A stretch of 64,000 nucleotides of DNA. It comes from an uncultured Candidatus Binatia bacterium. Its GTDB lineage: Bacteria > Desulfobacterota > Binatia > UBA9968 > JAJDTQ01. The notes under the pieces were generated by a model. It was not told where the DNA came from. It saw nothing but the letters and a program-made list of their open reading frames with translations, and did no database searches. Position numbers and translations under genes: made by a program. Location of the stretch: contig OZ244070.1 in the NCBI GenBank assembly GCA_965215605.1, positions 1,056,001 through 1,120,000 of the forward strand, in the 5' to 3' direction. Shown in pieces: positions 26,889 through 39,298 of the stretch (the first letter of the stretch is position 1; each line of letters opens with the position of its first letter).

Positions 26889-28316
26889 TTACCGGCGGCT
26901 CGCCGCCTCGAACAAATGCAACTGCGGCGTCTTCCCGTTGTCATCGGCCAACACGGGGTAGTTGGCGGTGAAGCAGGCGTCGCAGTAGCCGGCGGAGTCG
27001 CCCTTGAAGAAGGTGTAGAGGCCTTCCCGGCTGAGGTAGGCGAGGGAGTCGGCGCCGATGAAGGCGCGGATGCCTTCGACGGAGTGGACGGAGGCGATGA
27101 GCTCCTTGTGGGTGGGGGTGTCGATGCCGTAGTAGCAGGGGCTGATGGTGGGGGGTGAGCTGATGCGGACGTGGACCTCGGTTGCGCCGGCCTCCCGCAG
27201 CATGCGGATGATCTTCTGGCTGGTGGTGCCGCGGACGATGGAGTCGTCCACCACCACCACGCGCTTGCCCTGGAGCACCTCGCGCATGGCGTTGAGCTTG
27301 ATCTTGACGCCGAAGTTCCGGATGTGCTGTTGCGGCTCGATGAAGGTGCGGCCGACGTAGTGGTTGCGGATCAGGGCCAAGTCCAGCGGGATGGCGGACT
27401 GCTCGGCGTAGCCGATGGCGGCGGGTACGCCCGAGTCGGGCACGGGAGTCACCAGGTCCGCATCCACGTGGTTCTCCCGGGCGAGCTGGCGGCCCAGCTC
27501 CTTTCGGTACTGGTAGACGCTGTGGCCGAAGACTTTGCTGTCGGGCCGGGAAAAGTAGATGGACTCGAAGATGCACCGGGCGGACGGGGTCTTCGGGAAG
27601 GGTCTGAAGGACTCCATGCCGCCGGGGCCGAACACCAGCACCTCTCCGGGCTCCACCTCGCGCACATACTCGGCTTCGATGAGATCGAGCACGCAGGTCT
27701 CCGACGCCACCACGTACGAGTCGGTTTTGTCGGCTCGCGGGAAACGGCCCAGAATCAGCGGCCGGAAACCTACCGGGTCGCGGGCGGCGATCATGGTGTC
27801 GGCGGTGAGGAACACCAGCGAGTAGGAGCCCTTGACCTGACGGAGCGCGTCGATCACCCGGGCCGTCAGGGTGGTCTCCTTCGAGGTGGCGATGAGGTGG
27901 ATGATGACCTCGGTGTCGGAGGTGGACTGGAAGATGGAACCGGCCGCCTCGAGGTCCTGCCGGAGCTGGTTGGCGTTGATCAGGTTGCCGTTGTGGGAGA
28001 CCGCGATGGGTCCGTTTGCGTACTCCACCACGAACGGCTGGGCGTTCTTGATGTCGGTCTGTCCGCTGGTGGAGTAGCGGTTGTGCCCGATGGCCGAGCC
28101 GCCCTGGAGGTTCTTGATGATGTCTTCCTTGAAGATGTCCGCCACCAGGCCCATCTGGCGATGCGAGATGAGCGACCCGCCGTGGGAGGACACGATGCCC
28201 GAGGACTCCTGGCCGCGGTGCTGCAGGGCGTAGAGCCCCAAGTACACCATGTTGGCGGCTTCGGGGTGGTTCTGAACCCCGACCACGGCGCATTCTTCAT
28301 GGAACTTGTCGAACAT
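26889..28316 (-). CDS. purF: Amidophosphoribosyltransferase
   Basis: Propeptide then EECAV catalytic Cys; LQHRGQES, VVVDDSIVRGTT; Fe-S cysteines including CDACF. Confidence 0.96.
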   Translation of the reverse strand: MFDKFHEECAVVGVQNHPEAANMVYLGLYALQHRGQESSGIVSSHGGSLISHRQMGLVADIFKEDIIKNLQGGSAIGHNRYSTSGQTDIKNAQPFVVEYANGPIAVSHNGNLINANQLRQDLEAAGSIFQSTSDTEVIIHLIATSKETTLTARVIDALRQVKGSYSLVFLTADTMIAARDPVGFRPLILGRFPRADKTDSYVVASETCVLDLIEAEYVREVEPGEVLVFGPGGMESFRPFPKTPSARCIFESIYFSRPDSKVFGHSVYQYRKELGRQLARENHVDADLVTPVPDSGVPAAIGYAEQSAIPLDLALIRNHYVGRTFIEPQQHIRNFGVKIKLNAMREVLQGKRVVVVDDSIVRGTTSQKIIRMLREAGATEVHVRISSPPTISPCYYGIDTPTHKELIASVHSVEGIRAFIGADSLAYLSREGLYTFFKGDSAGYCDACFTANYPVLADDNGKTPQLHLFEAASRR

Positions 28317-28342
28317 GACGTCCTCGTCAAGGAACATTCCGC

Positions 28343-30552
28343 TCACTTAACACACCGCTCCAACGCCGTCGACCAGAGATTCCGCAGGCGCTCCACGGGC
28401 GCCTGCACCAGGTCGCCGATGATCAACCGGGATCCCCCTACGCGGCCGATTACCGCGCACGGGACCTTTTCCTTCAACGCCAGGTCCGCGAGCTGCCCGT
28501 AGTCCCTTTCCTTCAAGGATACCACGATTCGGGAGTGCGCCTCGCCGAAAAGCACGGCATCCGGACGGCCATCCGGCTCCAGGTCGATGACGGCGCCGAC
28601 GCTCGTGCTGCCAAAGCACGCCTCGGCCAGGGCCACGGCGAGGCCGCCCTCGGAAACGTCGTGGGCCGAGGACAGAAGGCCCGTTTCCACGGCCGCGCGG
28701 CAGGTCCGCTGGACGCCCCGTTCCAGCGCGAGATCCACGGCAGGCGGCCTGCCGGCCACCCGATCGTGAACCACCTTGAGGTACTCGCTGCCGCCCAGCT
28801 CGCCGCGGTCCGCGCCCAGCAGCACCACCATGTCGCCCTCTTCCTTGAACCACGGCGTGGCGATGCGCCGGACGTCATCCAGGAGGCCCACCATGGCCAC
28901 CGTGGGCGTGGGATGAATGGAAACCCCCTCGGTCTCGTTATAGAAGCTGACGTTGCCGCTCACCACCGGGACCTCCAGCGCCAGGCAGGCCTCGCGCATG
29001 CCGAGGATGGCCTGGGAGAACTGCCACATGACGTCTTCCTTCTCCGGGTTGCCGAAGTTGAGGCAGTCCGTGAGCCCCAGCGGCGTGGCGCCGACGCAGG
29101 CCAGGTTCCGGGCCGCCTCGGCCACCGCCGCCATGCCGCCGGCGTGGGGGTCCAGGTAGCAGTACCGGCTGTTGCAGTCCACGGTCACCGCCAGCCCCTT
29201 GGAGGTGCCCTTGATGCGCACCACCGCGGCGTCGGCGCCGGGCGCCAGCACCGTGTTGCTGCGCACGTAGTGGTCGTATTGCCGGTAGACCCATTCCCGC
29301 GACGCGAGATTGGGCGACTCCAGGAGCTGCTCCAGCACCCGGTTCATGCTTTCGGGCCGCGGCAGCTCGCCGACATCCAGGCGCTGCAGATCGTCCTGCC
29401 GGGCCGGCCGCGCCGCGGGCCGGTCGTATACCGGCGCGGCATCGGTCAGGGCCGCCACCGGGATGGCAGCCACCTCGCGGCCCTCGGACAGCACCCGGAA
29501 CAACGGCTCGTCGATGACCCGGCCCACCACCACCGCGTCCAGGTCCCAGCGCTGGAAGATGGCCTGCACCTCGGCCACCGCCCCCGGATGCGCCACCAGC
29601 AGCATGCGCTCCTGCGACTCGGACAGCAGGATGTCGTAGGGGGTCATGCCCCGCTCCCGAAGCGGCACGTGGGCGAGCTCCAGCTCCACCCCCGAGCCGC
29701 CCCGCCCGGCCATCTCCACCGCCGAGCTGGTGAGGCCCGCGGCCCCCATGTCCTGGATGCCCACGATGGCGTCGGTCTGCATGAGCTCCAGGCAGGCTTC
29801 AAGCAGCAGCTTCTCGGTGAAGGGGTCGCCCACCTGCACCGTGGGCCGGCGCTGCTCGGAGTCCTCGGAAAAGGACTCCGACGCCATGGTGGCGCCGTGG
29901 ACGCCGTCGCGTCCGGTCTTGGATCCCACGTACATCACCGGGTTGCCGGCGCCGCGGGCCTTGCCGGTGAAGATCCGGTCCCGCTCCACCAGGCCCAAGG
30001 TGAAGGCGTTGACCAGGATGTTGGCGTCGTAGCACTCGTCGAAGCAGATGTCGCCGCCCACCGTGGGCACGCCGATGCAGTTGCCGTAGCCGCCGATGCC
30101 ACCCACCACCCCGTTCACCAGGTAGGGGGTCTTGGGGTGGCGCACGTCGCCGAACCGTAGCGAGTTGAGGCTGGCGATGGGACGCGCGCCCATGGTGAAG
30201 ACATCCCGCAGGATGCCGCCCACGCCCGTGGCCGCGCCCTGGTACGGCTCGATGAAGGAAGGGTGATTGTGGCTCTCGATCTTGAACACCACGGCCAGGC
30301 CGTCGCCGATGTCCATGACGCCGGCATTCTCGCCCGGGCCGTGGATCACCCGGGCGCCATCGGTGGGAAACTGCCCGAGGTGCTTGCGGGAGCTTTTGTA
30401 GCTGCAGTGCTCGGACCACATGACCGAGAACACGCCCAGCTCCGTCAGGTTGGGCTCCCGGCCCAGCAGCCGGCGGATCTCGTCGTACTCCCCGTCGGTC
30501 AGGCCGTGGGCCCGGACCGCCTCGGGGGTCACGGGCGCATCGTCGGGACTGC

Positions 30553-30556
<4 letters not shown>
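28343..30556 (-). CDS. purL: Phosphoribosylformylglycinamidine synthase subunit PurL (small type)
   Basis: [29 protein letters not shown] and SGNVSFYN motifs; GTG start overlaps the purQ stop. Confidence 0.96.
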
Positions 30557-31257
<701 letters not shown>

Positions 31258-31261
31258 GCCG

Positions 31262-31513
31262 CTATTCCGCGGGGTCCGCGATCTCGAAGCGGTAGTCTTC
31301 GATGACGGGGTTGGCCAGAAGCTTCTCGCACATGCGGCGGGCCTGCTGCTCCGCGTCCTCGGCCGCGGACACGTCGAGTTGGAGCTCCAGGTACTTGCCC
31401 ACGCGCACGTCCTGCACCCCGCCGAAGCCGAGGCTGTGGAGGGAGTTCTGGACGGCCTTTCCCTGGGGGTCCAGGACGCCCTCCTTGAGGGTCACGAAGA
31501 CCTTGACGAGCAA
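31262..31513 (-). CDS. purS: FGAM synthase subunit PurS
   Basis: VLDPQG, VRVGK and LLANPVIE motifs. Confidence 0.95.
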   Translation of the reverse strand: MLVKVFVTLKEGVLDPQGKAVQNSLHSLGFGGVQDVRVGKYLELQLDVSAAEDAEQQARRMCEKLLANPVIEDYRFEIADPAE

Positions 31514-31522
31514 GGAACAGCC

Positions 31523-32230
31523 CTACGCGCCGGTCACCCGGCGGCAGACTTCCTGGTACGCTTCCTCGACGCCGCCCAGGTCGCGGCGGAAGCGATCCTT
31601 GTCCATCTTCTCGAGGGAGCCCTTCTGCCAGAACCGGCAGGTGTCGGGGCAGATCTCGTCCGCCAGGACGACCTTGCCCTCGCGCTTGCCGAACTCGAGC
31701 TTGAAGTCCACCAGGATCAGGTCCCGCTCGTCGAAGAACGCCTTCATCAGCTCGTTGATGCGGAAGGTGAGGCGCTTGATCTCCGCCAGTTCCTCGGCGG
31801 TGGCGTAGCCCAGGGCCAGGACGTGGTAGTCGTTGATGATCGGGTCATCGAGCTCGTCGCACTTGTAGCAGAACTCGAGGATGGTGGTGGACAGCGACTG
31901 CCCTTCCTCCAGGCCCAGGCGCTTGGCCATGCTGCCGGCCACGATGTTCCGGATGATCACCTCGATGGGGAGCATGTCCAGTTTCCACACCAGCATCTCC
32001 CGTTCGTCGAGGCGCTCCAGGAAATGCGTCGGCACGCCGTTGTCCTCCAGGTGCTTGAACAGCACCTCGGAGATGGCGTTGTTGACGATCCCCTTGGACA
32101 TGACGGTGCCGAGCTTCTTCTTGTTGAAGGCGCTGGCGTCGTCCTTGAAGAACTGGATCATCTTGGCGGGATCGTCGGTGGCGTAGAGCTTCTTCGCCTT
32201 GCCCTCGTACATGAACTCGCGCTTTTCCAT
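31523..32230 (-). CDS. purC: SAICAR synthase
   Basis: YEGKAK, LVDFKLEFG, LADEICPD and DKDRFR motifs. Confidence 0.96.
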   Translation of the reverse strand: MEKREFMYEGKAKKLYATDDPAKMIQFFKDDASAFNKKKLGTVMSKGIVNNAISEVLFKHLEDNGVPTHFLERLDEREMLVWKLDMLPIEVIIRNIVAGSMAKRLGLEEGQSLSTTILEFCYKCDELDDPIINDYHVLALGYATAEELAEIKRLTFRINELMKAFFDERDLILVDFKLEFGKREGKVVLADEICPDTCRFWQKGSLEKMDKDRFRRDLGGVEEAYQEVCRRVTGA

Positions 32231-32287
32231 CTTTCTCCTCGTGCGCGTGCGGCCCGGTATTGAATCCGTTCCGGCGAAGCTGCCGCT

Positions 32288-33586
32288 TCACGCTTCGCCG
32301 AACACCCTGTCGAAAATCGTCTCCACGTGCTTGAGACAGTCCTTGAGGTCCCAGATGTCGTCGATCTCTTTCGCCGTCATGTGCTCCATCACCGTCGGGT
32401 CTTCCAGCAGCTGCTGCTTGAGGTCCTTCCCCTCCTTGGCGGCCACCAGGCCGTGCCGCTGGACGATCTTGTAGGCCTCGTCCCGGGCCAGCCCCTTCTC
32501 CACCAGGCGCAGGAGCACGCCCTGCGAGAACACCGCCCCGCCGCTCAACGCGAGGTTGCGCTCCATGTTCTCGGGATAGACGCAGAGGTTCCGGATCACG
32601 TGGGTCATCCGGTGGAGCATGAAATGCACCAGGATGGTGGCGTCCGGACCGATGACCCGTTCCACCGACGAGTGGCTGATGTCCCGCTCGTGCCAGAGGG
32701 CCACGTTCTCCAGGGCCGAAATCGAGTAGGAGCGCACCAGCCGCGCCAGTCCGCAGACATTCTCCGTGAGGATCGGGTTGCGCTTGTGCGGCATGGCGGA
32801 CGAGCCCATCTGCGTCGCCGCGAACGGCTCCTCGGCTTCGAGCACCTCGGTGCGCTGGAGGTGGCGGATCTCCACCGCGAACTTCTCGATGGAGCTGGCC
32901 AGCACGGCCAGGACGCTGAAGAAGTAGGCGTGGCGGTCGCGTTGCACGATCTGGTTCGACACCGGATCCGGGGCGATGCCGGCGGCCTTGCACACGTAGG
33001 CCTCCACCTCCGGCGGAACCTGCGCGTAGGTGCCCACCGCGCCCGAGATGATGCCGCAGCCGACTTCGTCGGCGGCGCCCTCCAGCCGCGCCAGGTTCCG
33101 GCGCATCTCCTCGTGCCACAACGCCATCTTGAGGCCGAAGGTGATGGGCTCCGCGTGGATTCCGTGGGTACGGCCCATCATCGGCGTGTCCTTGTAGCGG
33201 AACGCCTGCTCCCGCAACACCGAGAGAAACTCCCGCGCCGAGTTCAGCAGAAGCTCGCTGGCGTCCTTGAGCTGCAGCGAGAACCCGGTGTCCATGACGT
33301 CCGAGGAGGTCATGCCGACGTGCACGAAACGGGCGTCATCGCCGATGGACTCGGCCAGGCAGCGCAGGAACGCGATCACCTCGTGGTGGACCTCCCGCTC
33401 GATCTCGCGGATCCGGGACACGTCGATGCGGGCGTTTTGCCGGATGCGGGCGGGCGCGTCCTCCGGCACCTTGCCCATGCCGGCAAGGGCTTCCGTGGCG
33501 AGGATCTCGATCTCCAGCCACTTGTCGAAGCGGTTCTCCTCGGACCAGATCCGCGCCATCTCCGGGCGTGTGTAGCGATCGATCAT
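32288..33586 (-). CDS. purB: Adenylosuccinate lyase
   Basis: MIDRY, GRTHGIHAEP, GSSAMPHKRNP and LWHERDISHSS motifs. Confidence 0.97.
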   Translation of the reverse strand: MIDRYTRPEMARIWSEENRFDKWLEIEILATEALAGMGKVPEDAPARIRQNARIDVSRIREIEREVHHEVIAFLRCLAESIGDDARFVHVGMTSSDVMDTGFSLQLKDASELLLNSAREFLSVLREQAFRYKDTPMMGRTHGIHAEPITFGLKMALWHEEMRRNLARLEGAADEVGCGIISGAVGTYAQVPPEVEAYVCKAAGIAPDPVSNQIVQRDRHAYFFSVLAVLASSIEKFAVEIRHLQRTEVLEAEEPFAATQMGSSAMPHKRNPILTENVCGLARLVRSYSISALENVALWHERDISHSSVERVIGPDATILVHFMLHRMTHVIRNLCVYPENMERNLALSGGAVFSQGVLLRLVEKGLARDEAYKIVQRHGLVAAKEGKDLKQQLLEDPTVMEHMTAKEIDDIWDLKDCLKHVETIFDRVFGEA

Positions 33587-33604
33587 CTCACGCGTTTTCC
33601 CGTA

Positions 33605-34090
33605 TCATGACGCCGCCGAGTCATCGTCGCCGGCAGCGCCCTTTGCCTGTGCCGCGCCCGTGTGCCCGAAGCCCCCGGCTTCCCGCGCCGAGGCCGGAAG
33701 CTCATCCACTTCGTCCCAGCGCACCCGGGGGACGCGCTGTACCACCATCTGGGCGATCCGGTCGCCGTGACGGATGGTCACGGGCTCCGAGCCCAAGTTG
33801 ATCATAGCCAGTTGCACCTCGCCGCGGTAGTCCGAGTCGATGGTGCCGGGGCTGTTCACCAAGGTCACGCCCTGCTTGAGCGCGAGGCCGCTTCGGGGCC
33901 GGATCTGGGCCTCATAGCCCGCGGGCAACTCCAGCGCGAAACCCGCGGGTATGAGCGTCCGTTCCAGCGGCGCCAGCACCACCGGGTCTTCCACCGCGGC
34001 GGCCAGATCCATGCCCGCCGACCCCTGGGTCATGTAACGGGGCAAGGGGACCTGGCGCACCCGCTTGATCTGGATCTTGACTTCGGCCAT
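33605..34090 (-). CDS. dut: dUTP diphosphatase
   Basis: AGMDL, RPRSGLA, GTIDSDYRGE, RIAQ and GGFGHTG motifs. Confidence 0.96.
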   Translation of the reverse strand: MAEVKIQIKRVRQVPLPRYMTQGSAGMDLAAAVEDPVVLAPLERTLIPAGFALELPAGYEAQIRPRSGLALKQGVTLVNSPGTIDSDYRGEVQLAMINLGSEPVTIRHGDRIAQMVVQRVPRVRWDEVDELPASAREAGGFGHTGAAQAKGAAGDDDSAAS

Positions 34091-34120
34091 GGGCTCAGAC
34101 AGGCCGCGGCATGGAGTTGC

Positions 34121-34160
34121 CCCATCCGGCCTTCGGGCGCCCTCTCCCGACAGGAGAGGG
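34121..34160. repeat. REP-like palindrome (CCCTCTCC-N5-GGAGAGGG type)
   Basis: Hairpin at 34140-34160 preceded by a CCGGCCTTCGG segment, between the M16 peptidase gene and dut. Confidence 0.55.
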
Positions 34161-34166
34161 GTTGTT

Positions 34167-35453
34167 TCAGTGGTTGACGCCGGCAGCCGCCGGAACGGCC
34201 GTGCCCAACGATAGCCCGTCGACGCTGTGCCCCTCGAGGTCGCCCAGCAAGGTGGCGGTCATGGTTTCGGGCAGGAAGAACTCGCGCGCAAGGGCGGTGA
34301 CGGCGTCAAGGGTGACGTCACGGACGCCTTGGGCGATCTCCTCCACCGGGACCTGCCGGCCGTAGTGCATCTCGCCGCGGGTCATGTGGCTCATCCACGA
34401 ATCCGCGGACTCCAGGCCCAGCAGGGTATTTCCCACGAGCTGGCTCCGGGCCCGGTCGAGCTCTTCCCCGGTCACCTTCCCCTCGGCGATCTTGGACATT
34501 TCCTCGACGGCGACCTCGATGACCTCCCGGGTCCATTCCGCCTTGGTGCCGACGTAGACGCCCAGATAGCCCGCCTCGCGGTACGCCGACAGAAAAGAAT
34601 AGACCGAGTAGGCCTTGCCGCGCCGCTCGCGTATTTCCTGGAAGAGCCGCGAACTCATGCCCCCGCCCAGAACCGTGTTGAGCACGTGCGCCACGTAGTG
34701 CCTTGGGTCGCCGTGGGCCAGCGCCGGCGCGCCCAGACAGACGTGCACCTGCCCGAGCTCCCGGTGGTGGACGGACACGCCGCGGCCGATCTCCGGAGGC
34801 GCGCCGGTATTCTCCAACCGCCGGCGAGGCAGAGCGCCGAACTCTCCGGCCACCGCGTCCACCAACCTGGCATGGGTCAGATTGCCCGCGCCGGCGATGA
34901 TGACACGGCCCGGAAGATAGCGGTCGGCCACGAACCCCATCAAGTCGTCCCGGGCGAACCCGGAGACCGTATCCGCCTCGCCGCAGACCGGCCGGCCCAG
35001 CGGATGATCGCCGAAGTAGTCGCGGCTGAAAAGGTCGTGGACGAAGTCCTCGGGATTCTCGTCCGCCGAGGCGATCTCCTGCAGGATCACGTTGCGCTCG
35101 CGCTCGATCTCGTCCGGGTCGAATACGGAGTTGAGGAAGATGTCCTTGAGGACATCAACGGCCAGCGGCAGGTGCTCGTCCAGCACCTTGGCGTAGTAGC
35201 AGGTGGACTCCTTGCCGGTGAAGGCGTTGATCACGCCGCCGACGGAGTCCATCTCCTCCGCGATCCGTTGCGCGCTGCGCGTCCCGGTTCCCTTGAAGAG
35301 GAGGTGCTCGACGAAGTGGGAGATTCCTCCCTGCCGGCGCTCCTCGTGACGGGACCCGTTCTCCACCCAGATGCCGAGGCTCACGGCGCGGGTGCCGGGC
35401 CGCTGTTCCGTCAGGATTCGGGTGCCGTTGTCCAGCAGAGTCTTTTCGAACAT
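34167..35453 (-). CDS. M16 family zinc peptidase
   Basis: HFVEH (HxxEH), NAFT and GGGMSSRLFQEIRE motifs; downstream of pnp. Confidence 0.94.
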   Translation of the reverse strand: MFEKTLLDNGTRILTEQRPGTRAVSLGIWVENGSRHEERRQGGISHFVEHLLFKGTGTRSAQRIAEEMDSVGGVINAFTGKESTCYYAKVLDEHLPLAVDVLKDIFLNSVFDPDEIERERNVILQEIASADENPEDFVHDLFSRDYFGDHPLGRPVCGEADTVSGFARDDLMGFVADRYLPGRVIIAGAGNLTHARLVDAVAGEFGALPRRRLENTGAPPEIGRGVSVHHRELGQVHVCLGAPALAHGDPRHYVAHVLNTVLGGGMSSRLFQEIRERRGKAYSVYSFLSAYREAGYLGVYVGTKAEWTREVIEVAVEEMSKIAEGKVTGEELDRARSQLVGNTLLGLESADSWMSHMTRGEMHYGRQVPVEEIAQGVRDVTLDAVTALAREFFLPETMTATLLGDLEGHSVDGLSLGTAVPAAAGVNH

Positions 35454-35472
35454 CGTGGAGAATATGGACCTG

Positions 35473-37563
35473 TCAGGATGCCTGTTCTTCCTTGAGGGCC
35501 TCTTTGCGGCTGAGCCTGATCTTTCCCTGCCGGTCCACGTCCAGGACCTTCACCATCAACTCGTCGCCCTCGTTGAGCACGTCCCTGACTTGGCGGACGT
35601 GGTCGTCGGCGATCTGCGAAATGTGCACCAGTCCGTCCGTGCCCGGGAGGATCTCGACGAACGCGCCGAAGTCCATCACGCGCCGGACCGTTCCCTTGTA
35701 GATCCTGCCGATCTCCACCTCGGCCACGATGCCCTCGATCATGTCGAGGGCTTGGCGGCTGCCCGCCTCGTCGACGGACGCCACCGTGACGGTGCCGTCG
35801 TCCTGCACGTCGATCTTGGTGCCGGTGGCTTCGACGATGCCGCGGATGACCTTGCCTCCCGGTCCGATGATGTCGCGGATCTTTTCCGGCCGGACCTTGA
35901 TGGTGGTGATCCGCGGCGCGTGCTGTGAGACCTCCTCGCGGTTCTCCGCCAAGGTGCCGTCCATGATCTCCAGGATATGCAGGCGGCCTTCCCGGGCCTG
36001 ATACAGGGCCTCCGTCATGATCTCGCGGGTAACGCCGCCAATCTTGATGTCCATCTGCAGCGCGGTGATCCCGTCGCGGGTTCCGGCCACCTTGAAGTCC
36101 ATGTCGCCCAGATGATCCTCATCGCCGAGGATGTCGGTCAGCACCCGCACCTCGTCGCCGTCCATGATCAGGCCCATGGCGATGCCCGCCACCGGGGCCT
36201 TGATGGGCACGCCGGCATCCATCAGCGACAGGGAGCCGCCGCAGACGCTGGCCATGGACGATGATCCGTTGGATGCCAGGATCTCCGAAACCACGCGCAG
36301 GGTGTAAGGGAAATCATCCGCCGCGGGCAGCACCGCCGCCAGCGCCCGCTCAGCCAGGGCCCCGTGGCCGATCTCCCGCCGGCCCGGGCTGCGGAGGAAC
36401 TTGACCTCGCCGGTGCTGAAGGGAGGGAAGTTGTAGTGCAGCATGAACTTCTTGAACTGCTCGCCGGTGAGCGCGTCGACGCGCTGGGCGTCCGCGGCCG
36501 TGCCGAGAGTCGCCACCACCAGCGCCTGGGTCTCGCCTCGGGTGAAAAGCGCCGACCCGTGGGTCCGCGGCAGCAGGCCCACCTCACAGGTGATGGGGCG
36601 GACATCCTTGAGCCCGCGTCCGTCGATGCGCTTGCGCTGCTGCAGCACCAAGTCCCGGAGCTGGAACTTCTCCAGGTCGCGGAACGCGCCCTTGAGCTCC
36701 TTCTCGCGTCCGGGGAACTCTTCCGAACCCGTGGTCATGACCTCGTTTCCCACCTCGTCGAGGCCGGCGTTGCGCTGCTTCTTGTCGGCGATGCACACCG
36801 CCTCCTTGACCTTCTCCTCGGCGAGGTTCTTCACCCAGGCGGTCAGCGCCTCGTCCTTCCGCTCCGGAGGCGGCACCCGCTTGGGCTTGCCGAGCTGCTC
36901 CTGGAGTTTCTGCTGCAGGTCGATGAGCGGCTGGATCGCCTGGTGCCCCTGGAAAAGCGCGTCGAGCACGTCCTCTTCGGGGGCCATCGATGCGCCGCCT
37001 TCCACCATGACGATGCCGTCCCGGGTGCCCGAGAGGAAGATGTTGACATCGCACCGCGCAATCTCGCTCACGAGCGGATTCATGACCCACTCGCCGTTGA
37101 TCCTGCCCACGCGAATCCCCGCCAGCGGCCCCTGGAAGGGGATGTCGGATATCTGCAGCGCTACCGAGGCGGCGAGCATGGACACGGCGTCGGTGTCGTT
37201 CTCGCCATCCGCGGAGAGCACGGTGATGATGACCTGCGTCTCGGCCTTGAGCCCGCCCGCGAACAGCGGACGGATGGAGCGGTCGATCAGCCGGCAGTTG
37301 AGGATCTCCTTCTCCGAAGGGCGGCCTTCACGCTTGAAGAACCCGCCGGGAATGCGGCCGGCGGCGAACGTCTTTTCCTGGTAGTCGACGGTCAGCGGAA
37401 AGAAGTCGATGTCTTCCCGGACGTCCTTGGAAGCCACGGCGGTCGCCAGGACCACGGTCTCGCCGAAGCCCACCAGCGCGGCGCCGTCAGCCTGCGCGGC
37501 GGCCTTGCCCAGGTCGATGCATAGAGCTCGGCCGCAATAATCCAACTCGATCTTTGTGTGCAT
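35473..37563 (-). CDS. pnp: Polyribonucleotide nucleotidyltransferase
   Basis: [21 protein letters not shown] and GDMDFKVAG motifs; KH and S1 domains. Confidence 0.97.
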   Translation of the reverse strand: MHTKIELDYCGRALCIDLGKAAAQADGAALVGFGETVVLATAVASKDVREDIDFFPLTVDYQEKTFAAGRIPGGFFKREGRPSEKEILNCRLIDRSIRPLFAGGLKAETQVIITVLSADGENDTDAVSMLAASVALQISDIPFQGPLAGIRVGRINGEWVMNPLVSEIARCDVNIFLSGTRDGIVMVEGGASMAPEEDVLDALFQGHQAIQPLIDLQQKLQEQLGKPKRVPPPERKDEALTAWVKNLAEEKVKEAVCIADKKQRNAGLDEVGNEVMTTGSEEFPGREKELKGAFRDLEKFQLRDLVLQQRKRIDGRGLKDVRPITCEVGLLPRTHGSALFTRGETQALVVATLGTAADAQRVDALTGEQFKKFMLHYNFPPFSTGEVKFLRSPGRREIGHGALAERALAAVLPAADDFPYTLRVVSEILASNGSSSMASVCGGSLSLMDAGVPIKAPVAGIAMGLIMDGDEVRVLTDILGDEDHLGDMDFKVAGTRDGITALQMDIKIGGVTREIMTEALYQAREGRLHILEIMDGTLAENREEVSQHAPRITTIKVRPEKIRDIIGPGGKVIRGIVEATGTKIDVQDDGTVTVASVDEAGSRQALDMIEGIVAEVEIGRIYKGTVRRVMDFGAFVEILPGTDGLVHISQIADDHVRQVRDVLNEGDELMVKVLDVDRQGKIRLSRKEALKEEQAS

Positions 37564-37631
37564 ATGTATCCCCTCAAGGGTAGTGGGGGCTGAAGAGAAG
37601 AACGCGGGAAGGGCAACCAACGGCCGGGTAT

Positions 37632-37901
37632 CTATCGGCGGATACCCAACCGCTGGATCAAGGTCTGATACCTTCGAACATCCGTCTTCTTGAGGTAGTC
37701 CAGAAGCCGCCGCCTCTTGCCGACGAGCCTGAGCAGGCCCATCCGCGTGTGATGGTCCTTCTTGTGAGTCCTCAGATGCTCTGTCAGGTAAACGATGCGG
37801 TGGCTGTGAATCGCGACCTGCACCTCAGGCGAACCGGTGTCGGTGTCGTGGAGTCTGAAATTCCTGATCGTCTCGCTGGTCTGCTCCCTAGCTGATTCCA
37901 T
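37632..37901 (-). CDS. rpsO: 30S ribosomal protein S15
   Basis: [16 protein letters not shown] and [16 protein letters not shown] motifs. Confidence 0.97.
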   Translation of the reverse strand: MESAREQTSETIRNFRLHDTDTGSPEVQVAIHSHRIVYLTEHLRTHKKDHHTRMGLLRLVGKRRRLLDYLKKTDVRRYQTLIQRLGIRR

Positions 37902-37996
37902 CTGTACCCTTTTCTTTCTCCTGTTTTCTTTTATTTCAAATGGTTTCTAGCATACCTGCCGCGTCCCTGTAAACCTGCCGGCACGGCCCATCGGGG

Positions 37997-38905
37997 TCAC
38001 CGCGAAGGGTTCAGGACCCGAAGGAGCTGCCAGGCCCTTACGACCTTCTCCCAGCCTATGAGCGCCACCAGCTCCCCGTCCCGGTCCACCACCCGCCGGG
38101 TGGTCTCGCCGGCAACGGGCTCGGCGACGCCGGCCAGGGCGTCCTGGATGCCCCGGCGCAGCCGCTCCACCGCCTCGGGGCCGAAGACCGCGCCCTGGAG
38201 ATGTCCCAGCGCCCGGTTCAACGACACCAGCGGCAGATCCGGAGCCTCCCGAAGGTCTTCGAGGGTCACGGCGCCGGCGATCCCGAAGGGTCCCGACGCC
38301 ACCCTGCGAAGCCGGCTCAGGTGCGCCCCGCAGCCCAGGAACGCGCCGATGTCCGCCGCCAGGGTCCTCACGTAGGTCCCCTTGGAACAAGTCATCTCGA
38401 ACTCCAACTCGCCGCGGCCAACCTGCTCCAGCCGGATCAGGTCCACCCGAATGGCGCGGGACTCCCGGCCCACCTCCATCCCCTTGCGGGCCAGTTCGTA
38501 GAGCCGGGTCCCCGCCTGCTTCAGCGCCGAGTACATGGGCGGCACCTGATTCAGGCTACCGCTGAACTCCCGGCGCAGGGCGTCGAGCTCCGCCGCGCCG
38601 AGGAGGGGCGCATCGCGCCGGCACAGCACCGTCCCGGTGCGATCCTGCGTGTCGGTCTCCGTTCCCAGCGCGATCGCGCCGGTGTATCCCTTGTCGGCGT
38701 CCAGGAAGTGTTGCGCGACCTTGGTGCCCTCGTTCACCGCCAGCGGCAGGAGACCCGAGGCGAACGGGTCCAGGGTGCCGAGGTGGCCGACCTTCGGGGC
38801 TCCGATGATCCGCTTCACGGCGGCGACCACCCGCGCCGAGGACGGACCCTCGGGCTTGTCCACCAGCAGGATGCCGCTCCTTGAAGAGTGCATGACCCGC
38901 CTCAC
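37997..38905 (-). CDS. truB: tRNA pseudouridine(55) synthase
   Basis: GHLGTLDP, PPMYSA and CSKGTYVR motifs. Confidence 0.95.
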   Translation of the reverse strand: MRRVMHSSRSGILLVDKPEGPSSARVVAAVKRIIGAPKVGHLGTLDPFASGLLPLAVNEGTKVAQHFLDADKGYTGAIALGTETDTQDRTGTVLCRRDAPLLGAAELDALRREFSGSLNQVPPMYSALKQAGTRLYELARKGMEVGRESRAIRVDLIRLEQVGRGELEFEMTCSKGTYVRTLAADIGAFLGCGAHLSRLRRVASGPFGIAGAVTLEDLREAPDLPLVSLNRALGHLQGAVFGPEAVERLRRGIQDALAGVAEPVAGETTRRVVDRDGELVALIGWEKVVRAWQLLRVLNPSR

Positions 38906-39267
38906 ACCTTCGGCCGGACCGACCTGAGGAGGTCCTCGATGCGCCGGGCCTGGTCGGGAGCCTCGTCGTGGACGAACTCGAGGGCGGGGACGAAGCGCAG
39001 CTTGAGCTCCGCGGCGATGCGGCCGCGGATGAAGCCCGTGGCGCCGCGCAGGCCCGACAGCGCGTCGTCCTTGGCGGATACGCCGTCCCTCACGGTGAAG
39101 TAGATGCTGGCATGCTTGAGGTCGGGCCTGACGTCCACTCCCGTCAGCGTCACCGAACGAAGGCGCGGATCATTGAGCGAACGCGCCAGCAGACGGGAGA
39201 CGAACTCGATCAACAAGTCGCCGACCCGTTGCGAGCGCGAGATGTCCGTTTTTTGCCGATTCCTCAT
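38902..39267 (-). CDS. rbfA: Ribosome-binding factor A
   Basis: DPRL...V..DLKHA...LRFVPAL pattern; conserved position between infB and truB. Confidence 0.92.
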   Translation of the reverse strand: MRNRQKTDISRSQRVGDLLIEFVSRLLARSLNDPRLRSVTLTGVDVRPDLKHASIYFTVRDGVSAKDDALSGLRGATGFIRGRIAAELKLRFVPALEFVHDEAPDQARRIEDLLRSVRPKV

Positions 39268-39298
39268 GTATTCCAATGTCCCGCCGACCGCTCAAAAC